IMG/VR virus record: IMGVR_UViG_3300016484_000641
Location: 1-24,953 of that record
Reading direction: 5' to 3' (one strand)
Source of the DNA: a virus
Taxonomy: Duplodnaviria > Caudoviricetes
Length of the DNA: 24,953 nucleotides
The notes under the pieces are model-generated. The model was not told where the DNA came from. It saw only the letters and a program-made list of their open reading frames with translations, and searched no databases. The position numbers and the translations under genes were made by a program. Positions within the stretch are counted from its first letter, which is position 1; each line of letters begins with the position of its first letter. Positions 17,305 through 23,367 of the stretch are shown one piece after another.

Positions 17305-17331
17305 TCAAGTCCTACGAAATTCAGCCGATAC
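17305..17331 (+). promoter_or_regulatory. Sigma28 (FliA)-type promoter, rightward
   Basis: TCAAGTCC-N11-GCCGATAC. Confidence 0.65.
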
Positions 17332-17745
17332 GTGTTGCAGTATTGATATTCTGCAACAACGTCTTGTTAACTACAGAATATCAACTACTTACAGAGCGTA
17401 GCAAAACGAGACAGTGTTTCAGATTGAGACGCGAGGGGGTGGGGGTGCGGCCAACCATCCACCCTCCCCACCCAAAATAATATTATGGTTCCTGCCCCTA
17501 GAACATTTTTCGGAATTTGCGGCCGTCAGTAATGCAACACCAACGTAACCCGCTCCGCACCGACGTAAGTGTTCAATCTTTCACATTTTTGGATCCAAAA
17601 CGATATATTCGATTTGCGCGAGCTCAAAATCAGTAGTGCAACACCGGTCCCGCACCGGCCCCCGCCGACCCTCACCGACCCCTCCCTCCCGCCCGACCAA
17701 AAAGGACCCCGCCTATCTGTTTTAAAACCAGGGGCCCGAAAACGG

Positions 17746-17774
17746 TTGACTCGCCAACTTCAAGCCCCTATTTC
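17746..17774 (+). promoter_or_regulatory. Sigma70-like promoter
   Basis: TTGACT-N17-TATTTC. Confidence 0.45.
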
Positions 17775-17944
17775 TAAACGTGCAAGGGTGCTCCAACCAT
17801 CCTTGCGGCCACCGACCGCGTGGGCGTTATGAACCTGCGCGGGAGGATTTTTTCGGTTGAAGTATCGCGCCGATGGGTTTGATGAGTTCGATGAGTTCTA
17901 CACCTATCTTTTGAAGGCGCGATATTTGAGACGTTCAAAAAAGT

Positions 17945-17973
17945 TTGACAAACAAGTTTACGCCAAATACTTC
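17945..17973 (+). promoter_or_regulatory. Sigma70-like promoter upstream of the acb2 leader
   Basis: TTGACA-N17-TACTTC. Confidence 0.5.
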
Positions 17974-17979
17974 TGTGGG

Positions 17980-18120
17980 TGCATCTTAGTCACCCTCGGG
18001 CCTAAAAACTCGCAGCAAAGATTGATGAAACCTATAGGTGACTCACGGTTAATCCGCGACTTCGGCGTGTCTAGCGAGTTTGAGGGTAATAGCGCAATAC
18101 CGAAGAAACCCTCACTTTAT
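17980..18120 (+). ncRNA. Candidate structured RNA or 5' leader upstream of acb2
   Basis: Complementary pairs AAACTCGC/GCGAGTTT, ACCCTC/GAGGGT, TGAGGGT/ACCCTCA and AGTCACC/GGTGACT. Confidence 0.4.
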
Positions 18121-18132
18121 TTAAGGAAAAAC

Positions 18133-18354
18133 ATGACAACAGAAGTAAAAGGCTACCAACCACAGACCGAGGAAAAGATTGCACTTGTGAACAAGTTCAA
18201 GGACCTCGAAAAACAACTCGGCGATCTTTACAAGGAAGCACAAGCCACAGGCTTATGTTGTCCGCGAATGCTCGCGATCGGCAAGACTGAGGCCCAGACT
18301 GCGTTTATGTGGATGAACCGCTCGGTGTTTCAACCCCAAGACTTTTTTGTATGA
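18133..18354 (+). CDS. acb2: Acb2-like anti-CBASS cyclic-oligonucleotide sponge protein
   Basis: VKGYQPQTEEKIALVNKFK...RMLAIGKTEAQTAFMWMNRSVFQP matches the Acb2 pattern as I recall it (IKGYR.L...EI..MN..K...RWLAIGKT..Q.G.M...RA...QP); start re-called at ATG 18133 after AAGGA. Confidence 0.85.
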   Translation: MTTEVKGYQPQTEEKIALVNKFKDLEKQLGDLYKEAQATGLCCPRMLAIGKTEAQTAFMWMNRSVFQPQDFFV

Positions 18355-18629
18355 ACCACGAGCGAATAGTCCGCGCACTCGATCACTTGTTCAAAGCGGA
18401 ACACGAGATCAAATGCGCATCTGACGACAGTTTCAATCTTTCAGAGTTTGCGGTGGAGATCGCGGACATCAATCATCGTCTGCGTTCTCTCTTTGCGAAA
18501 GATACCCTTTCCACCCCTTCGACCAATCAATCTCTCCCGACTTTTGGCGGTCAATGTAATTACTGCGGCGGGATCGCGAAACATTACGACCCTTGTCCTG
18601 TTCTGCGAGCCTCAATCGCTCGCACCTAG
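18351..18629 (+). CDS. Hypothetical protein with C-terminal CxxC-H-C zinc-binding-like motif
   Basis: ATGA-coupled to acb2; CNYCGGIAKHYDPC. Confidence 0.6.
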   Translation: MNHERIVRALDHLFKAEHEIKCASDDSFNLSEFAVEIADINHRLRSLFAKDTLSTPSTNQSLPTFGGQCNYCGGIAKHYDPCPVLRASIART

Positions 18630-18699
18630 CATCCTGTATCTTTTCATAGTTTTTCTGAGCGGCTCGTTGGCGTTTTTCTCGTCGGGCTTTTCTACTCAT
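18469..18699 (-). CDS. Possible small basic protein, counter-oriented
   Basis: 76-aa Arg/Lys-rich ORF with upstream TTTACA-N17-AATACT (18735-18707); overlaps the preceding ORF antisense. Confidence 0.4.
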   Translation of the reverse strand: MSRKARREKRQRAAQKNYEKIQDARCERLRLAEQDKGRNVSRSRRSNYIDRQKSGEIDWSKGWKGYLSQRENADDD

Positions 18700-18791
18700 A
18701 CATTTTAGTATTGACCAAAAGACTAGAATTGTAAAAACTACTGGCCTTTAGTTTTGCTCACCTGTAGTTTTTATTGTATTGGGGGACTATA

Positions 18792-19424
18792 ATGATCTGG
18801 GTCATAGATGATTTCATGCCGAACTTTGCGGCCTACAAAGAATGGGCTTCAAGGCTTAAGTATGAAAACAAGGAGAGTCAGGGCATCACCTACAAAGATG
18901 TTTTGATCTCCCCAAACATCGAACTGACCAAGAGCTTGATCGAGAGTGCGCTCTCGAAAAGACTCGTGACTCAGCTTGCGTTTCTCAGAAAGTACATCGA
19001 CCATCAACCGCACGTGCATCCTGCGTGGATACACTCGGACGTGCGGTTCGGGGGACTTGCCACGACTCTTTTTATTCGTCCGTCCCATTCGTGGCAGGAT
19101 GATGGCATGACTTTCTGGGAACACAAGTTCCTTGGCCGTGGCCTTCGTCCGCAAGACCCGCCCGAGGTATGTATCCAAGCGGATCGAGACACTCTCAATG
19201 TACAAGGAAATTTCACACCGTATCTGACAGTGCCATTCAAGGAAAATAGAATGGTTGTTTTCGATGCGTGTCTGTTTCACTCGAAGCAGACATATTCCAA
19301 CCGAGGGGACAAAGATAGTTGTCGCTTGATCGAAGTCGGGTTCTTTGCAGAAACGCCGTTCGATATTCCGAAAGTCACTGAGGTTGTTATCACGGAGGAT
19401 AATAGCGATGGGGAACATGAATAA
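18792..19424 (+). CDS. 2OG-Fe(II) oxygenase (DUF6445-like)
   Basis: VIDDF N-terminus, IHSD (HxD), GMTFW, NRMVVFD..LFHS (distal His) and RL (2OG-binding Arg). Confidence 0.8.
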   Translation: MIWVIDDFMPNFAAYKEWASRLKYENKESQGITYKDVLISPNIELTKSLIESALSKRLVTQLAFLRKYIDHQPHVHPAWIHSDVRFGGLATTLFIRPSHSWQDDGMTFWEHKFLGRGLRPQDPPEVCIQADRDTLNVQGNFTPYLTVPFKENRMVVFDACLFHSKQTYSNRGDKDSCRLIEVGFFAETPFDIPKVTEVVITEDNSDGEHE

Positions 19425-20061
19425 GAGAGTGCTTTGGTTTTCGTATCCGGTGTTTGACGCGAAGGCGGTTCATCCTGACAAGTTTATGGATGAGGCGCAC
19501 AAGTTTTTAAATCGTGTGGCGGCTTTGGGGTTTGGGTATCTGATCTCGGATGTGAGTTTTGGAAAGACAAGGTTTTATAAAGGTATCATCATGTTCGAGG
19601 GTGGAGAGTATTCGGGACTCAACAAAAGATCACCTCCCGATAGTTGGCAAAGGTTTTTTAGATTTCGTCCGTTTCATCATGGTTGGTTTGGTCCTGATGT
19701 TCAAGAAGGAACAGTTGTTGAGCTTTTAAATTATACAGGCCCGACTTCGATGTCCACACCGCAGAAGTTTTTTGAGCACAACAATTTCTTTCAAGCGTTT
19801 GCGTACAATACAGATGACATTGTGATCTTTGCTGGTTTCGATGCGGTTCCGAGAAAGCCGCTTGAGGGAGTGGAGATCGTTACAAATCCAAGGCTACAAA
19901 CGTGGCGGCGCGAACCGAAGGACACCTTGGTAAAAAAGCTACCGAGAGGAAAGACGCAGCGGTTGTTCTCGTGGAAAAAATCGGGCGACTATGACCACAA
20001 GAAATGGCCGAGCATGATTAAGCGGGCGATGGGCATTAAGAAAAATGATGAAACAAAGTAA
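19417..20061 (+). CDS. Hypothetical protein
   Basis: Aromatic-rich ORF of about 214 aa overlapping both neighbours; no motif recognised. Confidence 0.65.
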   Translation: MNKRVLWFSYPVFDAKAVHPDKFMDEAHKFLNRVAALGFGYLISDVSFGKTRFYKGIIMFEGGEYSGLNKRSPPDSWQRFFRFRPFHHGWFGPDVQEGTVVELLNYTGPTSMSTPQKFFEHNNFFQAFAYNTDDIVIFAGFDAVPRKPLEGVEIVTNPRLQTWRREPKDTLVKKLPRGKTQRLFSWKKSGDYDHKKWPSMIKRAMGIKKNDETK

Positions 20062-20554
20062 GTACGACAAACGGTACTGGCAAAGGTATTACATGGGTGC
20101 GGACAGAGATCAGACAGATAAAAAGATGAAGGACAGAAGTCCTTTCGGGCTTGAGTCTCAGGTGGACAATCCGCACGAGGACCCGCTCGCGGAAGCTATC
20201 GACAACATCGAAGCTGTGAACCAATGGGTCGCGCACGTAAAGGAGTTGAAAAAAAGACTCCGCAACAGAAAGATAGATGTTACCGCGTTCTTTCAAGAAT
20301 GTGGCGCATTTGCAGGGAATGAATTGCTACGCATGGCCATCACGAGCAAAGATGCCAAGATACGACTTGAGGCTTTGAAGGAACTTCTTGATCGAGGAGG
20401 AAACTCTAAAGTGAACAAGGTCGCGATCGCATCGACACACGTGGACCGAGGCGCAGCGAAAGAAGAACTTATGGCAACAATCAGGGGTTTGGCATCCAAG
20501 GTTAAGGATGTCGAGATCGTAGATGTAACACCAAAGGAGGGTGATGATGTTTAG
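20045..20554 (+). CDS. terS: Putative terminase small subunit
   Basis: SKDAKIRLEALKELLDRGG helix motif typical of TerS; located upstream of TerL. Confidence 0.65.
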   Translation: MMKQSKYDKRYWQRYYMGADRDQTDKKMKDRSPFGLESQVDNPHEDPLAEAIDNIEAVNQWVAHVKELKKRLRNRKIDVTAFFQECGAFAGNELLRMAITSKDAKIRLEALKELLDRGGNSKVNKVAIASTHVDRGAAKEELMATIRGLASKVKDVEIVDVTPKEGDDV

Positions 20555-21884
20555 CTTTAACGATAATGAGAAGAAAAAAATTGGTGAGCTTATCCGCACC
20601 GCAAAGGTGACAACGGATACAGGGTGGTATGAGAAAGTTCTCATCCCAAAATTGCTTGCAAACAAAAAAGTGTACGACGAAATTTCAAAAGCTACAGGGG
20701 TTCCTTCGGCTTTTATCGCGTGTGTTCACGTGCAAGAGCTTGGCTCGGATGTTGGAGTCAACAAGGCATATCTCGGAAACGGACAACCTTGGAATAAAAA
20801 GACAACGATCGTTCCAAAAGGCGTTGGTCCTTTCAGTTCATTTGTCGAAGGCGGCATCCACGCGATGAAACGCAGAAATTTACATAAGATAGATTTGTGG
20901 ACTCTTGAGAGAATGATTTTTGAACTCGAAGGCTACAACGGATTTGGGTACAGATCAAAAGGTATCAAGACTCCGTATGTTTGGGGCTTCACAAATCATT
21001 ACACGTCAGGCTACTACATTGCAGACGGTGTGTTTAGTGCTACAAAGAAAAAAGCGGGCGCAGGTTGTTTTACGATCTATAAATTGTTGATCGAAAAAGA
21101 TAGTGGATGGCGAGTTGGTTCCGAGGGAGTTGTCGGTAACACTGTTGTTGTCGAAGTTCCAAAGACAACAGAAGTTCCTTTTGAGCCGCCAAAAGAACTC
21201 ACGTTCGGCGACAAGATCGTAAAGTGGTTTGAAGAATTTTTCTCAAAACTCTTTGGAGAAAAGCCTGTCGAGAAAAAAGAGCCAATCGCAATCATGGACC
21301 CGACAGCGGGCGGCGGTTTGCTTGAGCAAATTTTAGAAAAGAACCCGAACATCGACGCTCGTGCGCTTGCGAAAGCTCTTGAGTGGAAAGACAACCCAGC
21401 GATCACAAATAAAAAATACATCGCAGTTGTGAACTTCAATCTTTACGATTGGCAGAAACGATTTCATCTGATTGATATGACGACCTTGCTTGCCGAGGAC
21501 TACTTGTGCGCTCACGGTGTCAATAGTGATGCAAACCAAGACAACATGGCCGACAGCTTTGGAAACGTATCGGGAAGTAAAAAATCGTCTTTGGGTCCGA
21601 TGAAGTTTGCAGAGAACTACGTTTCAAGTAAGAGAAAGACAGGGCCAAAATTTGCGTTCCAGATTTCTCGACGAATTGACGGACTACTTAAAGAGTTGAA
21701 TGGAAATGTTCGCGCTCGTGCGATTGTTCTTCACGATGCTTTTTATGTTACCGAAGCTCGCGGTAAAGCAAAGACCGTTGGCGACAGTTGGGGTTGTTTT
21801 GTTCTGGACTACGAAGTTCTAAAAGTTATCAACCCAAAACTCGAAGGGTGTTTACTCTACGCATGGGACGATACGCTTGGATAA
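20547..21884 (+). CDS. Two-domain cell-wall enzyme: lysozyme-like N-terminal domain plus YkuD-type L,D-transpeptidase C-terminal domain
   Basis: N-terminal: IACVHVQE, LEGYNGFGY..KGIKTPYVWG.TNHY..G.YIADG. C-terminal: CAHG, SKKSSLG, RAIVLH...GDSWGCF. Start could be 20541, 20544 or 20547. Confidence 0.8.
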   Translation: MFSFNDNEKKKIGELIRTAKVTTDTGWYEKVLIPKLLANKKVYDEISKATGVPSAFIACVHVQELGSDVGVNKAYLGNGQPWNKKTTIVPKGVGPFSSFVEGGIHAMKRRNLHKIDLWTLERMIFELEGYNGFGYRSKGIKTPYVWGFTNHYTSGYYIADGVFSATKKKAGAGCFTIYKLLIEKDSGWRVGSEGVVGNTVVVEVPKTTEVPFEPPKELTFGDKIVKWFEEFFSKLFGEKPVEKKEPIAIMDPTAGGGLLEQILEKNPNIDARALAKALEWKDNPAITNKKYIAVVNFNLYDWQKRFHLIDMTTLLAEDYLCAHGVNSDANQDNMADSFGNVSGSKKSSLGPMKFAENYVSSKRKTGPKFAFQISRRIDGLLKELNGNVRARAIVLHDAFYVTEARGKAKTVGDSWGCFVLDYEVLKVINPKLEGCLLYAWDDTLG

Positions 21885-23367
21885 ACTGGTAGTTACCGAA
21901 GAACAACTTCAAAACATGAGTCAGGAGGAGCTTGCGGATTTCGCGCAAGCCCTTATGAACATGAAGAACTCGGAAAAAAAATTTCGAGCCGAAAGCTATT
22001 TGACTACGGCACACGAGCTACAGATAAATTTTCACAAAGCTCACAACCGCGTTCGATTGTTGTTTGGAGGTAACAGATCGGGAAAGACAACCGCAGGAAC
22101 TATGGAGTTCTATTGGTTGTTGTCAGGGACACACCCATTTATCAAGTGTCGAACTCCGATCAAAGCGGTTTTGATCTGTCAGGATTTTCAGAACCACGCC
22201 AAAGACGTTATCATGCCAAAGATCATCGAGTGGTTTCCCGAGGGTTTTATTGTCAACATGGAAAAGAACCAAGTTGGCATCGTGGTAAAGATCACAGGGA
22301 AAAACGGATCGACGGTTGACATCAGATCGCACGATCAAGACATTAAAATTTTTGAGTCGTCAGACTATGACCTTGCGTGGTTCGATGAGCCGCCTCCTGA
22401 GAAACTTTTCAAAGCTGTGTGGCGTGGACTTACCGATCGCGGTGGACGTGCGTACATCACAGGGACTCCGATCACAGAGCCGTGGGTTCACGATCTTTAC
22501 ATGATGGCACAGGCCGAGGATAATAAAGGTATCTATTGGTCGCAGTTCATGGCGACAGACGACAACGCGACAAACCTTGGAGAAGGCGATGCCGAGCTTG
22601 GGAGAAAAAGGATCGAGGAGTTCATTTCTGTGTTCGATGCTGACGAACGCGAAGCTCGGCGCAAAGGTCGTTTTCTTCATATGCAAGGTCTTGTTTTTAA
22701 GACTTGGGACCGCAAGACTCATCTGGTTGATAATTTCCCTTGGCCGCATCATTGGCCTGTTTGGTTTTCTCTTGATCCTCACCCTCGGAAGCCGTGGGCG
22801 ATTAGCCTTGTTGGTCATACTCCTAGCGGAAACCGCATACTGATAAAGTCCGCGTATGTCGAGGGCGTGGTCGAGGACATTGCAAATGCGATGTTTGACC
22901 TTCGGGGCGGTCTCGAACTCGACAAAGAAGGAACAAAACCACGGATCGCAAGAGTCGTGATCGACAACTACGCATCAGTAGAGTCGATGATAAAAAGGAC
23001 CACGATCATTGACGAACTAAATTCGTACATCTACCCAACAATGCCGAAGGCACAGACGGCACCCAAGAATGTGGATCAAAAGATTGACATTTTTAAGAAT
23101 TGGCTCAAGCCTATTGAAACCAATTATGGACCTACACCGACTTTTCTTGTATTTCGCGACGGCAATGATGATTTCATTTATGAGATCGAACATTACGTTT
23201 GGGAGAAATACACAGGGGCAAGAAAGTCAGGATACAAAGACAAGCCTGAAAAGAAAAACGATGATATACTCGACACTATTATGCAGGTCGCACTCATACT
23301 GGGTTCCACAAACTCAGATAGTCAGTTTACAAAAAGAGAACCTATCAAATACGCAGGGAGGCAATAA
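21877..23367 (+). CDS. terL: Terminase large subunit
   Basis: GGNRSGKT (Walker A), AWFDEPP (Walker B), TGTP, and RNase H-like SLDPH...NDDILD. Confidence 0.92.
   Translation: MDKLVVTEEQLQNMSQEELADFAQALMNMKNSEKKFRAESYLTTAHELQINFHKAHNRVRLLFGGNRSGKTTAGTMEFYWLLSGTHPFIKCRTPIKAVLICQDFQNHAKDVIMPKIIEWFPEGFIVNMEKNQVGIVVKITGKNGSTVDIRSHDQDIKIFESSDYDLAWFDEPPPEKLFKAVWRGLTDRGGRAYITGTPITEPWVHDLYMMAQAEDNKGIYWSQFMATDDNATNLGEGDAELGRKRIEEFISVFDADEREARRKGRFLHMQGLVFKTWDRKTHLVDNFPWPHHWPVWFSLDPHPRKPWAISLVGHTPSGNRILIKSAYVEGVVEDIANAMFDLRGGLELDKEGTKPRIARVVIDNYASVESMIKRTTIIDELNSYIYPTMPKAQTAPKNVDQKIDIFKNWLKPIETNYGPTPTFLVFRDGNDDFIYEIEHYVWEKYTGARKSGYKDKPEKKNDDILDTIMQVALILGSTNSDSQFTKREPIKYAGRQ

Larger units (their letters stand above)
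16203..17644. repeat. Dispersed 15-bp motif TCAGTAGTGCAACAC, five copies in both orientations
   Basis: 16203-16217 (+, 13/15), 17014-17028 (-, 15/15), 17332-17346 (-, 13/15), 17526-17540 (+, 14/15) and 17630-17644 (+, 15/15); all are intergenic. Confidence 0.85.

Noticed and set aside
17190-17832. ORFs inside the control region (17190-17480, 17213-17401, 17569-17832)
   Set aside because: No RBS and low-complexity translations; the region is better explained by regulatory motifs.
17990-18090. Resemblance of the acb2 leader to a c-di-GMP-I (GEMM) riboswitch (GGCCUAA) or a hammerhead ribozyme (UGAUGA)
   Set aside because: The GNRA-capped P2 stem and GCAAA junction order of GEMM are missing, and there is no CUGAUGA...GAAA core.
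17857-18132. N-terminal 92 aa of the 165-aa ORF in the track
   Set aside because: TTG start without an RBS; the region holds a promoter and RNA stems; Acb2 similarity begins at ATG 18133.
20722-20737. Second parS-like CACGTG site
   Set aside because: About five mismatches to the consensus and inside a CDS.
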